Assembly (NCBI GenBank): GCA_964471275.1
Contig: CAYYGZ010000005.1
Location: 1 to 46,532 of the forward strand
Direction: 5' to 3'
DNA length: 46,532 bases
Source of the DNA: an uncultured bacterium
Lineage (GTDB): Bacteria > Latescibacterota > UBA2968
Positions within the stretch are counted from its first letter, which is position 1; every line of letters begins with the position of its first letter. Positions 28,243 through 38,999 of the stretch are shown here, in pieces. The notes beneath the pieces are model-generated. The model did no database searches and had not been told where the DNA came from. It worked only from the letters and a program-made list of their open reading frames with translations. The position numbers were made by a program, and so were the translations under genes.

Positions 28243-29343
28243 CTAGCTGTTCTTCAACGCCGTGATGGCGGCCATCAAACGTCGATCCGCCTTCGACCGG
28301 ATATCCATCAGTCGTTCAACCTCATCGAGCGCACCGTCCTTTGGCTTGATCTGATAGACCTGGGCCCAATCTGCCAGTGCCTTGACAACGAGGTCGAGAA
28401 GCATCACATCCGTCGCATCATCCTGAACCATGCACTCGTCGGCAAGAACGCGACGAATCGTACGCAGCGGTTGGTCGAGATCGTATGCAGCGGCGCTGTC
28501 CCCGGTGCCCCCCATAATATCAGGTGACAGATTGGCAAGGAACCCGTCGGAAAGGAACTTGCGTGCCTTCTCCTCGGTCCACTTCTCCGCCAGCATCTGT
28601 TCGACGGTCAGAGGTTTGGCCTCATCACAATCGGACCCGGACTTGGAGGGCCGCGCCTTCCGACTCCCGCGATCCGAGCGAGTGTTTTCGGCGCGTTTCC
28701 CCTCGGGCCGACTCCCTTCGGATCGGCTTCCCTCGGGCCGACTCCCTTCGGATCGGCTTCCCTCAGAGCGGCTCCCTTCGGATCGGCTTCCCTCAGAGCG
28801 GCTCCCTTCGGATCGTCCGCTGCGCCCTCTTCTGCCCCTGCGACGGCGTCCTCGACGATCACCTTGATCCTGGCGAGATTCGCTGTCGTCGGAACTCTCA
28901 GGCTTGCTCGATTCGTCAGACGAAGCCTCCTTTGCCGTGGCAGGCTTCTGCTCAGGCGTCGGCTTCCGCGCGAACTCCTCGGACTGAACGAGATCCGGTC
29001 CCCCACGTCTGGGCCGCCGGCCATAGGAAACGCTCTTACCGGCGCCTTCACCAGAATCCTGATCTGTCTGGGCCGTGCTCGACACTTTGGTATCCTCTGC
29101 GCTTTTCGCAGTGGCTTTCTTGGTCGACCGCCGTGCCGGTTTCTTCGCTTTCTTGGCCGCTTTTACGGGAGCTGCCCTCGTGCCGGCGCTCTCATCGCTC
29201 GCAGCCGTCGAAGCCTTTTTGGCGGGCTTTTTCGCCTTTTTGGCCTTCTTTGCCTTCTTCGCCTTCTTCGCGGGTTTCGGTGTTACCGACGCTTCAGCCT
29301 TTCCTGAGGCTGCGGTTGCGTCTCCTGCTATATCATCTGCCAT
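28243..29343 (-). CDS. Hypothetical protein: histone-H1-like Lys/Ala-rich N-terminus, acidic Ser-rich segment, Arg-rich block, (S/P)EGSR pentapeptide repeats, and a ~125-aa predicted folded C-terminal domain
   Basis: 366-aa ORF with ATG 29343 and its own promoter candidate. It contains KPAKKAKKAKKAKKAKKPAKKA, then GDRRGRRRRGRRGRSGR, then SEGSR-type pentapeptide repeats (about 8 units). The non-repetitive C-terminus is LTVEQMLAEKWTEEKARKFLSDGF...LMAAITALKNS. I recognise no family. Confidence 0.65.
   Translation of the reverse strand: MADDIAGDATAASGKAEASVTPKPAKKAKKAKKAKKAKKPAKKASTAASDESAGTRAAPVKAAKKAKKPARRSTKKATAKSAEDTKVSSTAQTDQDSGEGAGKSVSYGRRPRRGGPDLVQSEEFARKPTPEQKPATAKEASSDESSKPESSDDSESRQDQGDRRGRRRRGRRGRSGRSEGSRSEGSRSEGSRSEGSRSEGSRPEGSRSEGSRPEGKRAENTRSDRGSRKARPSKSGSDCDEAKPLTVEQMLAEKWTEEKARKFLSDGFLANLSPDIMGGTGDSAAAYDLDQPLRTIRRVLADECMVQDDATDVMLLDLVVKALADWAQVYQIKPKDGALDEVERLMDIRSKADRRLMAAITALKNS
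28694..28813. repeat. Tandem 15-bp repeat, about 8 units, coding for the SEGSR pentapeptides
   Basis: Units read on the plus strand are CGACTCCCTTCGGAT, CGGCTTCCCTCGGGC, CGGCTTCCCTCAGAG, CGGCTCCCTTCGGAT and so on. The 30-bp super-units are nearly identical. Confidence 0.85.
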
Positions 29344-29425
29344 GCATTTCCCTTCTCAAGTCTCCTCAGAGACTCATGAACCGCCCCTCATCTGACGTCC
29401 TCGTCCGGTCTGCCCTGCAGATTGG

Positions 29426-29454
29426 AATATAGAAAAGGCAGTGCCAAAAGCCAA
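29426..29454 (-). promoter_or_regulatory. Sigma-70-type promoter candidate for the 28243-29343 gene
   Basis: On the minus strand, TTGGCT (29454-29449), a 17-nt spacer, then TATATT (29431-29426). It is downstream of the groEL terminator and about 80 nt upstream of the ATG. Confidence 0.5.
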
Positions 29455-29468
29455 CCTGACAGATATGC

Positions 29469-29504
29469 AGAAGGGGGAGAAGCCACAGAGGCCCTCCCCC
29501 TTCT
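29469..29504 (-). terminator. Terminator hairpin after groEL
   Basis: An 11-bp stem, AGAAGGGGGAG (29469-29479) with CTCCCCCTTCT (29494-29504). It lies 29 nt past the groEL stop. Confidence 0.6.
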
Positions 29505-29532
29505 TGACCTGATTCACGGGTCTTGCCTTAGC

Positions 29533-31173
<1,641 letters not shown>

Positions 31174-31187
31174 TTACCTAGTAGAGA

Positions 31188-31475
31188 TTATTCCAGGATA
31201 CCCAGGACATCGTCTTCGCTCAGAATCACGAACTCTTCACCATCGACTTCGATCTCGTTGCCCGCATACTTGCCGATCAGGATGTGCTGACCTGGCTGGA
31301 CATCCAGGGCGATCAGATCACCGTCGTCGGCTCGTCTGCCGGGGCCGACCGCGACAACCTCGGCCTCCTGCGGCTTTTCCTTGGCCGTGTCCGGAATGAT
31401 GATACCGCCGGACACCTGCTCTGTTTCCTCGACCCGTTTAATAAGGATCCGATCACCAAGGGGATGAATCTTCAT
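31188..31475 (-). CDS. groES: Co-chaperonin GroES (10 kDa)
   Basis: 95 aa. MKIHPLGDRILIKRVEETEQVSGGIIIPDTAKEKPQEAEVVAVGPG is the canonical GroES sequence. Confidence 0.97.
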   Translation of the reverse strand: MKIHPLGDRILIKRVEETEQVSGGIIIPDTAKEKPQEAEVVAVGPGRRADDGDLIALDVQPGQHILIGKYAGNEIEVDGEEFVILSEDDVLGILE

Positions 31476-31549
31476 CTCGTCCTCCGAAAGAGAATGGATA
31501 TGCTCAGAGATACGTTCGTATCTCTATAATTTACACACATTTTTCTTCG

Positions 31550-31576
31550 CTAGCACTCAAGCAACGCGAGTGCTAA
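31550..31576 (-). promoter_or_regulatory. CIRCE operator (HrcA binding site) in the groES leader
   Basis: CTAGCACTC, a 9-nt spacer, then GAGTGCTAA. This matches the CIRCE consensus TTAGCACTC-N9-GAGTGCTAA at 17 of 18 positions. Confidence 0.9.
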
Positions 31577-31584
31577 CAGCTTGA

Positions 31585-31613
31585 AATATAAAAATCCTCA
31601 GAGTCGAGCGCAA
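31585..31613 (-). promoter_or_regulatory. Sigma-70-type promoter candidate for groES-groEL
   Basis: On the minus strand, TTGCGC (31613-31608), a 17-nt spacer, then TATATT (31590-31585). It is immediately upstream of CIRCE. Confidence 0.6.
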
Positions 31614-31662
31614 GAGCAGATCTGCGATCTCTGAGGGTTCTTTGTTCCCTTATGGCCGCCGC

Positions 31663-32136
31663 TCAGCTGGCGGACTTGAGCTTTTCCTTCTTGTCAGCGA
31701 TCAGTTCTTCCAGATGCGAGATCTCATCCGTCAGACGCTCGGCATTCAGGGGACCTTCGTCCTCTTCCGGGACCTGGGGCTGAACGAACGGGTAGTGAGC
31801 GTCTTCCCAATCTCCGAATCCGCCATCCATCGATACCAGGTTTTCATACCCGAGTTCTTTCATCGAGATGGCGCCGAGCAACGACCTGACCCCCCCCGCG
31901 CAGTAGACGATCGTTTCTTTTGTCTTGTCAGGGGCCTTCTCCTCGGCTTCGGCCTCGAGACGTCCCCTGGGAATGTGAACGGCACCTTCCAGATGGCCGC
32001 GCTCCCACTCGTCCAACCCACGAATGTCCACAAGGACGGGGTCGTTGCCTTCATCGAGATAGACCTTCACCTCCTCGACAGACATCTCTTGAATCTCTCC
32101 ACGCGCAGCCTTCAACAGATCTTCTCTCGATTTCAT
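31663..32136 (-). CDS. Rhodanese-domain protein (sulfurtransferase) with a helical C-terminal tail
   Basis: VLVDIRGLDEWERGHLEGAVHIPRG and the active-site loop VYCAGGVRS (CxxxxR) are present. The C-terminal ~35 aa look coiled-coil-like. Confidence 0.85.
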   Translation of the reverse strand: MKSREDLLKAARGEIQEMSVEEVKVYLDEGNDPVLVDIRGLDEWERGHLEGAVHIPRGRLEAEAEEKAPDKTKETIVYCAGGVRSLLGAISMKELGYENLVSMDGGFGDWEDAHYPFVQPQVPEEDEGPLNAERLTDEISHLEELIADKKEKLKSAS

Positions 32137-32199
32137 TCTATGTATCCTTGAGGATAGTTCTCGTCAGTACGCGTCATCGGCCGGCGCGGTTCCACACCG

Positions 32200-35100
32200 T
32201 CACGCCCCGTGGCAGCGCTTGTATTTCTTTCCGCTGCCGCACGGACAGGGATCGTTGCGACCGACCTTCTGCTCCACCTTGACCGGCCGCTGCTTCGGCC
32301 TGCCGTCACCCTCCGTCGCATTGGTCGCCGTCTGTTCCATCGGTGACGGTTCCGCCGGTGGGGCGAACCCCATACCCGCAGCATCCTGATGGACCATCGC
32401 GAGTTTCTGCGGAGCCCGGTCCCGACGCGGCACGGGACCCTCATCGATCCGGATCCGGAACAGGGTCCGCACGGTCTCCCGATTGATCTCGTCAAGGAGT
32501 TCGACAAACATCTGGAACCCTTCACGCTTGTACTCGATGAGCGGGTCCTTCTGTCCGTAGCCTCGGAGGCCGATTCCTTCCTTGAGATCGTCCATCTCTC
32601 GGAGGTGCTCTTTCCACTTCTCGTCGATCACGCTGAGATACACCATCCGCTCGATCTGTCGCATTCGCTCGGACCCAATCAACTCCTCGCGACGCTTGTA
32701 GGCGGACCGAACGCTGTCACGGATCAGTGTGGCGAACTCCTCTCGGATAGCGGTGGGCAGGTCTTCGTCCGGATGGATCGGCGACTGTAGGAAGGTGTTG
32801 CGCAGATCCTGCGCCAATCCGTCGATGTTCCAATCCTCAGGATGTGCTTCCTCCGGCACGTGAAGATCCATCGATGCCTGGAGCGCATCCTCGATGACCT
32901 CCACGATCTCGTCGTAGATGTCGTCCTCCTCGAGTGCGTGCCGGCGGCGATCGTAGATCACCTCGCGCTGCTGGTTCATCACATCGTCATATTCGAGCAG
33001 ATGCTTCCGGATCTCGAAGTTCCGTCCCTCCACACGCTTCTGGGCACGACCGATCGACCGTGTCACCATACCGTGCTCGATTACCTCGCCTTCTTCAGCA
33101 CCCAGTCTGTCCATAATGCGGGCGATCCGCTCCGACCCGAACAGCCGCATCAGGTTGTCTTCGAGCGAAATAAAGAACCGCGAACTTCCGGGATCTCCCT
33201 GGCGACCGGAGCGACCCCGGAGCTGGCGATCGATTCTACGTGCCTCGTGCCGCTCGGTTCCGACGATATGCAGCCCGCAGGGCACATCCTCCTTGCACTG
33301 GTATTCGCTGAGATGCGGGCACAGCGGGGCCCCACTCTCCGGGTTCGGAATCAGGGCGCACTGGTGTCCCTCCGGCGCCTTCACGATCCCCGGTCCCAAC
33401 TTGATGTCGGTTCCGCGACCCGCCATGTTGGTCGCGATGGTGACGGCACCGGGCTGCCCTGCCCCGCGAACAATCTCGGCTTCGCTCTGATTCTGCCGGG
33501 CGTTCAACACCGAGTGCTTGACGCCCTTCCGGTGCAGCATCCGTGACAGCAGCTCGGATACCTCTACAGTGATCGTACCGACCAGAACCGGCAGGCCTTC
33601 CTTGTTGAGCCGCTCGACTTCGCCGACAAGCGCGTTGTATTTCTCCCGCTTCGTCCGGAATATCAGATCGTCGTGGTCGATCCGGCGAACCGGCTCGTTT
33701 GTCGGAATCGTCAACACGTCCAGCTTGTAGATCTGCATCAGCTCCGCCGCCTCGGTCTCCGCCGTACCCGTCATCCCGGCGAGCTTGTCGTAAAGACGGA
33801 AGTAGTTCTGCAGCGTGATGGTTGCCACTGTCTGCGTATCCCGCTCGACCCGAAGACGTTCCTTCGCCTCGAGAGCCTGGTGCAACCCATCCGAGAACCG
33901 TCTACCCGGCTGCGGACGTCCCGTGAATTCATCGACGATCACAACACGGCTCTCGTCGATCACATACTGGACGTCCTTTTCGTACAGCGTGTAGGCCTTC
34001 AGCAGCTGCTGCACACTGTGGATCCGCTCTGACTTTCGCCCGTAATCCTGATACGCCTCATCAGCAGCGTGTGCTCGCTCGTCATCAGAAAGACCCGTAT
34101 CGGCTTTGATGGTGTCGAGGCGCTCGTCCAGGTTGGGAAGCACGAACTCATCGGGTTCGCGACTGATCTCTTCCCGTCCCTTCTCGGTCAGGTCGATGAT
34201 ATGGCTCTTTTCGTCCATGCTGAAGAAGAGCTCCGTGTCGACCTCGTTCATCCGCTTGTCGCGCATGTAATCGGCCTCGACGCGACCGATCATCTGCTTC
34301 ACGCCTTCCTCCTGGAGCAGCTTCATAAACCGTTTGTTCCGTGGCGCTCCACGCTGTACCTGCAGCAACTTCAGACCGACCTCGTACTCATCCGTTTCCA
34401 GCGCAGCTTCCGCTTCCGACAGGATGCCGTTGACCACGCGTGACTGTGCCTTGACCAGCTTCTCGACCAGGGGACGCATCTCGTCGAAGCGCTGCGTGTT
34501 CGATTCGGGAACGGCGCCTGAAATGATCAGGGGTGTCCGAGCTTCATCGATCAGGATGCTGTCGGCCTCATCAATGATGGCGAAGGAATATCCACGCTGC
34601 ATCAGATCTTCGGGCCGGACCGACATGTTGTCATACAAGTAGTCGAATCCGAACTGATCCTTGGTACCGTATGTGATGTCGGCCTGGTAGGCTTCCGCGT
34701 GGTCACACTCGCGAATCTTGAAACTCCCGTTCCCATCCTCTTCGACAAGAAACGCCTCGGCTCCGAGAGAACGGTCCTGGATGATACCGACTTTCAGTCC
34801 CAGCCAGACGTGCAGAGGGCCGAGCCACATCGCATCGCGCTTGGCCAGATACGAGTTGACCGTAACCAGATGAGTGCCCCGACCGGTCAGCCCGTTCAGA
34901 TACATCGTGAGACCGGCAACCAGCGTCTTCCCTTCACCCGTCGCCATCTCGGCGATCTTACCTTGGTGCAGCGCCATCCCGCCGATCAGTTGAACATCGT
35001 AGGGAACCATATCCCACGTAAACGGTTCACCAGCACGCTCCCACTGCCGACCGAGCATCCGTCGACAGGTATCCTTGAATACCGCGAAGGCCTCCGGCAG

Positions 35101-35412
35101 GATATCATCGAGCACGTCAGACTCGATCTCCTTGATCTCCATCTCCGTCTCGTCGAGCTGGTCGAGAGTCGCCTGTCGAGGCTCCCCTTCCAGACCCGGC
35201 AACTGTTCACGCAGCGACTTCAGATGATCGCGTGATTCCCTGGTTTCCGCCGCAATCTTGTCGCGGAACTCGGTCGTCTTCCCCCTGATCGCGGCGTCAG
35301 AGAGGCTCTCGAGGGTCACATAAGCCCTGTTGATCTCCTCGACCATGGGTCGGGACTTCTTGACGTCCCGATCGTGTTTAGAGCCGAAGACCTTGGTCAG
35401 TATGTCCATCAT
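32200..35412 (-). CDS. secA: Preprotein translocase ATPase SecA
   Basis: 1070 aa. It has MMDILTKVFGSKHDRDVKK, the Walker A region MATGEGKTLV, the DEAD-like FAIIDEADSILIDEARTPLIISG, and the C-terminal zinc finger CPCGSGKKYKRCHG. Confidence 0.98.
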   Translation of the reverse strand: MMDILTKVFGSKHDRDVKKSRPMVEEINRAYVTLESLSDAAIRGKTTEFRDKIAAETRESRDHLKSLREQLPGLEGEPRQATLDQLDETEMEIKEIESDVLDDILPEAFAVFKDTCRRMLGRQWERAGEPFTWDMVPYDVQLIGGMALHQGKIAEMATGEGKTLVAGLTMYLNGLTGRGTHLVTVNSYLAKRDAMWLGPLHVWLGLKVGIIQDRSLGAEAFLVEEDGNGSFKIRECDHAEAYQADITYGTKDQFGFDYLYDNMSVRPEDLMQRGYSFAIIDEADSILIDEARTPLIISGAVPESNTQRFDEMRPLVEKLVKAQSRVVNGILSEAEAALETDEYEVGLKLLQVQRGAPRNKRFMKLLQEEGVKQMIGRVEADYMRDKRMNEVDTELFFSMDEKSHIIDLTEKGREEISREPDEFVLPNLDERLDTIKADTGLSDDERAHAADEAYQDYGRKSERIHSVQQLLKAYTLYEKDVQYVIDESRVVIVDEFTGRPQPGRRFSDGLHQALEAKERLRVERDTQTVATITLQNYFRLYDKLAGMTGTAETEAAELMQIYKLDVLTIPTNEPVRRIDHDDLIFRTKREKYNALVGEVERLNKEGLPVLVGTITVEVSELLSRMLHRKGVKHSVLNARQNQSEAEIVRGAGQPGAVTIATNMAGRGTDIKLGPGIVKAPEGHQCALIPNPESGAPLCPHLSEYQCKEDVPCGLHIVGTERHEARRIDRQLRGRSGRQGDPGSSRFFISLEDNLMRLFGSERIARIMDRLGAEEGEVIEHGMVTRSIGRAQKRVEGRNFEIRKHLLEYDDVMNQQREVIYDRRRHALEEDDIYDEIVEVIEDALQASMDLHVPEEAHPEDWNIDGLAQDLRNTFLQSPIHPDEDLPTAIREEFATLIRDSVRSAYKRREELIGSERMRQIERMVYLSVIDEKWKEHLREMDDLKEGIGLRGYGQKDPLIEYKREGFQMFVELLDEINRETVRTLFRIRIDEGPVPRRDRAPQKLAMVHQDAAGMGFAPPAEPSPMEQTATNATEGDGRPKQRPVKVEQKVGRNDPCPCGSGKKYKRCHGA

Positions 35413-35562
35413 ATTCGGAAGATCCTCATTCTGTCCGCCGCAGAGGCCCGGGCGGATCGCCGTACGGCTACCGCCCTGCGCTCAAGCGTATCGAGAGAAA
35501 CGCGGGCAAACCTTGATAGGTATTCTTGTCTTGCGTGCATGCAACATCGCAGGGAACCCGAG

Positions 35563-36156
35563 TCAGCTCAATCTTCCCGGTTTCTTGATCCCAAACACAG
35601 AACGCCGCCCGTGGGTCACCATCCCTCGGCTGGCCCCGTCGAGAACGATCTCTCCCTCGACAAGCAGGACCTCGCCCACACCTTCTTCGTAGACAAAGGC
35701 ACCGTATGAATGGCCGAGGAATGTCAGCTGTGCATCTGTATGACCGAGAGCGATGAAGGCTTCAGATGCCCCAGAAACATAATGAAATGATTCAGGCGCG
35801 TTCAGGGATGCGTGAACGAACAGCGCGTCATCTCGATGTTCGCTCAACGGGAGAGTGCTCAAATCCCTCAGGTCTTCCCGCGCTAGCTGAGATCGGGTCC
35901 AGGTGATGGCCTTGACTGCCATAGGGTTGAACCCGTTCGTCGTAATCCGACCGGACGCGGCCCAATCGTGGTTGCCCGCACAGGTGAAGGCGGCCCACCG
36001 GCGCACCAGATCCAGGCAGGCGACAGGATGCGCGCCATACCCGACCACGTCCCCGAGACAGTTGATCTCGTCCAGCTCTCGCTCATCACACTCGGAAAGG
36101 ACGGCCTCCAGACCTTCAAGGTTCCCGTGTATACCGGAGAGGATGCCAACAAGCAC
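35563..36156 (-). CDS. Metallophosphoesterase (YfcE/MJ0936-like)
   Basis: The motifs GIHGN, CLGDVVGYG, GNHD and GHS occur in the order typical of calcineurin-like phosphoesterases. Confidence 0.8.
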   Translation of the reverse strand: MLVGILSGIHGNLEGLEAVLSECDERELDEINCLGDVVGYGAHPVACLDLVRRWAAFTCAGNHDWAASGRITTNGFNPMAVKAITWTRSQLAREDLRDLSTLPLSEHRDDALFVHASLNAPESFHYVSGASEAFIALGHTDAQLTFLGHSYGAFVYEEGVGEVLLVEGEIVLDGASRGMVTHGRRSVFGIKKPGRLS

Positions 36157-36159
36157 GTC

Positions 36160-36594
36160 TCAGACCTCCTCTGCTGCCTGGGTCCCTTCCAGATTGGGTC
36201 GCGCGAGCTTGTCCAGAATACCGTTGATGAACCCGGGTGCCTTCTCTGCGCTATACCGCTTGGCGAGCTCGATGGCTTCATCGATAGACACGCGTGTCGG
36301 GACGTCCTCCATCGAGCGGATCTCCGTCAGTGCCATCCACATCAGGATTCGGTCGATGCGCGAGATACGCGAGACGTCCCAGTTCTCGGCGGCCTTCCCG
36401 ATATCCTCATCCAACTGCTCGCGGTTCGCCCACATGAGCTTGCCAACCGTTATCGCATACTCGGAGGCCTCCCCCGACAGATCCGTGCGCAACACCATAG
36501 TCTGCAGCGTCTGGCTTGCCGGGTCATCGGTACTCATCGCCCAGTAGATCGCCTGGAGCACGGCCTCGCGGGCCTTTCGACGGGATCCGGTCAA
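36160..36594 (-). CDS. nusB: Transcription antitermination factor NusB
   Basis: [14 protein letters not shown] and the NusB-type helical repeats are present. I place the start at TTG 36594, overlapping the ribH stop (TTGA). The track ORF extends to 36651, inside ribH. Confidence 0.85.
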   Translation of the reverse strand: MTGSRRKAREAVLQAIYWAMSTDDPASQTLQTMVLRTDLSGEASEYAITVGKLMWANREQLDEDIGKAAENWDVSRISRIDRILMWMALTEIRSMEDVPTRVSIDEAIELAKRYSAEKAPGFINGILDKLARPNLEGTQAAEEV

Positions 36595-37073
36595 ACGTCC
36601 AGCGCACGGAGCAGGTTCACCATCTCGATGGCTGCGGCGGCGGCATCCCAACCCTTGTTCCCCGCCTTCGAACCCGCACGTTCAAGCGCTTGCTCGATCG
36701 TGTCCGTCGTGAGGATACCGAAAATCACGGGCACTCCGGTCTCGCTGCTGACCGATGCGATTCCCTTGGCCGCTTCGTTCGCCACGTAGTCGAAATGCGG
36801 CGTAGCTCCCTTGATCACTGCGCCCAGACAGATCACGGCCTCATACGATCCACTCGATGCCATCTTCTTTGCTACGAGCGGGATCTCGAACGCTCCCGGC
36901 ACCCACGCAACATCGACAGTATCCGCGTCTCCGCCGTGACGCGACACACAGTCCAGAGCTCCACCCAGGAGTTCCTTTCCGATCAGCGAGTTGAACCGTC
37001 CGACGACGATCCCGATTCGCTGACCTTCAGCATCCAGTTGACCTTCAATCACCCTAGGCACGTTTGTCACCAT
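36591..37073 (-). CDS. ribH: 6,7-dimethyl-8-ribityllumazine synthase
   Basis: [18 protein letters not shown] and GATPHFDYV are present. I chose ATG 37073. GTG 37061 and GTG 37052 are also possible starts. Confidence 0.9.
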   Translation of the reverse strand: MVTNVPRVIEGQLDAEGQRIGIVVGRFNSLIGKELLGGALDCVSRHGGDADTVDVAWVPGAFEIPLVAKKMASSGSYEAVICLGAVIKGATPHFDYVANEAAKGIASVSSETGVPVIFGILTTDTIEQALERAGSKAGNKGWDAAAAAIEMVNLLRALDV

Positions 37074-38322
37074 CCTCTTCGTCGAGACGCAGATCCGCGT
37101 CACTGAAAATATGCCCCATCCGGAGCCGTTTGGTCTTCAAGTATTCGATGTTGTACCGGTTCGCCTGGATCGCCATCGGAACGCGTTCGACGATCTCGAT
37201 CCCATAGGCCTCGAGACCGACACGTTTTGATGGATTGTTTGTGATCAGACGGACGTGGCTCGCGCCCAGGTCAGAAAGGATCTGGGCCCCGATCCCGTAA
37301 TCCCGCTCGTCCATCTTGTAGCCAAGCTTCACGTTGGCGTCCACCGTGTCGTAACCTTCTTCCTGAAGCTTGTACGCCCGGATCTTCTGCCGCAGTCCGA
37401 TACCGCGCCCTTCCTGCCGCATGTAAACGATGATCCCCCGGCTGTCCCGCTCGACCATCTGCATCGCCGCCGACAGATTCTGCTCACAGTCGCAGCGAAG
37501 AGAGCCGAGAGCATCTCCTGTCAGACACTCCGAATGCATCCGGACAAGGACGGGCGTCTGATCATCCACATCGCCCTTCGTTAGCGCCACGTGGTCTCGC
37601 TCGTCTACATCGGACTCGAACAGATGCAGCATGAATTCGCCATACCGCGTCGGCATGTGGATCGACTCGACTCGGTGTACCAGCTTTTCCGACCGACGTC
37701 TGTAGGCGATCAGGTCCTTGATCGAGATCACCTTGAGACCGAATCGGTCTGACATCCCGAGCAATTGCGGCAGCCGAGCCATCGATCCATCTTCGTTCAG
37801 AATTTCACACAACACGCCTGCTGGCGCCAGACCCGCCAGTCTTGCCAGGTCGACCGCCGCTTCGGTATGTCCGGCCCGTCGCAACACCCCACCCTCACGT
37901 GCTCTGAGTGGGAAGACGTGACCCGGCCGGGCGAAGTCGGTGGCGACCGCACTCGGATCGACGAACTGCTTCACGGTCTCGTAGCGATCGTTCGCAGAAA
38001 TCCCGGTCGTCGTGTTGTGGACAGCGTCGATACTGACCGTAAATGGCGTGCCGTGAAGCGCGGTATTCTCGTCCACCATCATATCCAGATTGAGTTCGCG
38101 CAGACGCTCGGGTGTCGCGGGAAGGCAAATCAGACCTCGCCCGTGAGTCGCGAGGAAATTGATCGACTCCGGCGTGATGCGGTCCGCGGCGAAAATAAAG
38201 TCACCTTCGTTCTCGCGATCTTCATCATCGACGACGATCACTATCTTGCCGTTGCGGATGTCCTCGATCGCCTCTGCGATCGGGGAGAGAACCGTGCCTT
38301 CTCTGTTGGTTTGGTCACTCAC
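37054..38322 (-). CDS. ribBA: Bifunctional 3,4-dihydroxy-2-butanone-4-phosphate synthase / GTP cyclohydrolase II
   Basis: The DHBP synthase block is [14 protein letters not shown]. The GCH-II blocks are [19 protein letters not shown] and [11 protein letters not shown]. Confidence 0.95.
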   Translation of the reverse strand: MSDQTNREGTVLSPIAEAIEDIRNGKIVIVVDDEDRENEGDFIFAADRITPESINFLATHGRGLICLPATPERLRELNLDMMVDENTALHGTPFTVSIDAVHNTTTGISANDRYETVKQFVDPSAVATDFARPGHVFPLRAREGGVLRRAGHTEAAVDLARLAGLAPAGVLCEILNEDGSMARLPQLLGMSDRFGLKVISIKDLIAYRRRSEKLVHRVESIHMPTRYGEFMLHLFESDVDERDHVALTKGDVDDQTPVLVRMHSECLTGDALGSLRCDCEQNLSAAMQMVERDSRGIIVYMRQEGRGIGLRQKIRAYKLQEEGYDTVDANVKLGYKMDERDYGIGAQILSDLGASHVRLITNNPSKRVGLEAYGIEIVERVPMAIQANRYNIEYLKTKRLRMGHIFSDADLRLDEEDGDKRA

Positions 38323-38978
38323 GTATCAAATCCCATGTCGCTGACCGCAGACCACGAAAGGCCCCCGTTGGCTTTCTGTCCGGTCTGCAGGAATCGCTCT
38401 AGGTATCTGGCCACGACATCCACCTCGACATTCACACGATCATCGGGATGACGCTGTTTCATCGCCGTTACCGAAAGGGTGTGAGGGATGATCGTCACCG
38501 AAAACCGACCACGATCTCCCGCATCTGACACGTCGACGACTGTCAGACTGATCCCGTCGACGGCGACGGATCCCTTCGCCGCGATGTATCGAGCGATCCC
38601 GCTGTCGACTTCGAACGTGAAATTGACAATGTCCTCGGAAGCGTCTCGTGACACGACCTGACCGATGCCATCGACGTGCCCCTGTACGAGATGGCCATCG
38701 AGTCTGTCCGTCAGTCGAACGGAACGCTCGAGGTTCACCGGATCCCCTGTCTTCAGCCCGCCCATCGTCGTCCGGTTGAGAGTCTCGAGGACCGACTCGA
38801 CCACAAACTGATCGCCGCTCACCTCGACGGCCGTGTGGCAGGCACCGTTGATACTGATACTGTCACCGACCTTCGTGCCGTCAACGGCAGTGTGTGCTGC
38901 GACCGAAGTCCGTTGCAAGTTCGATCGACGATCGATTGCCCGAATCTCTCCGACTTCCTCTACGATACCCGTGAACAT
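38319..38978 (-). CDS. ribE: Riboflavin synthase (alpha chain)
   Basis: It starts MFTGIVEEVGEI and has the internal duplication GDSISINGACHT / GSVAVDGISLTV. The ATG overlaps the ribBA start region. Confidence 0.93.
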   Translation of the reverse strand: MFTGIVEEVGEIRAIDRRSNLQRTSVAAHTAVDGTKVGDSISINGACHTAVEVSGDQFVVESVLETLNRTTMGGLKTGDPVNLERSVRLTDRLDGHLVQGHVDGIGQVVSRDASEDIVNFTFEVDSGIARYIAAKGSVAVDGISLTVVDVSDAGDRGRFSVTIIPHTLSVTAMKQRHPDDRVNVEVDVVARYLERFLQTGQKANGGLSWSAVSDMGFDT

Positions 38979-38999
38979 CGCGTCTCACCACTTTCAGCT

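Noticed and set aside
28694-28813. Possible CRISPR-like or minisatellite array
   Set aside because: The units are 15 bp with no spacers, and they lie in frame inside a long ORF as pentapeptide repeats. This is a coding tandem repeat, not a CRISPR array.
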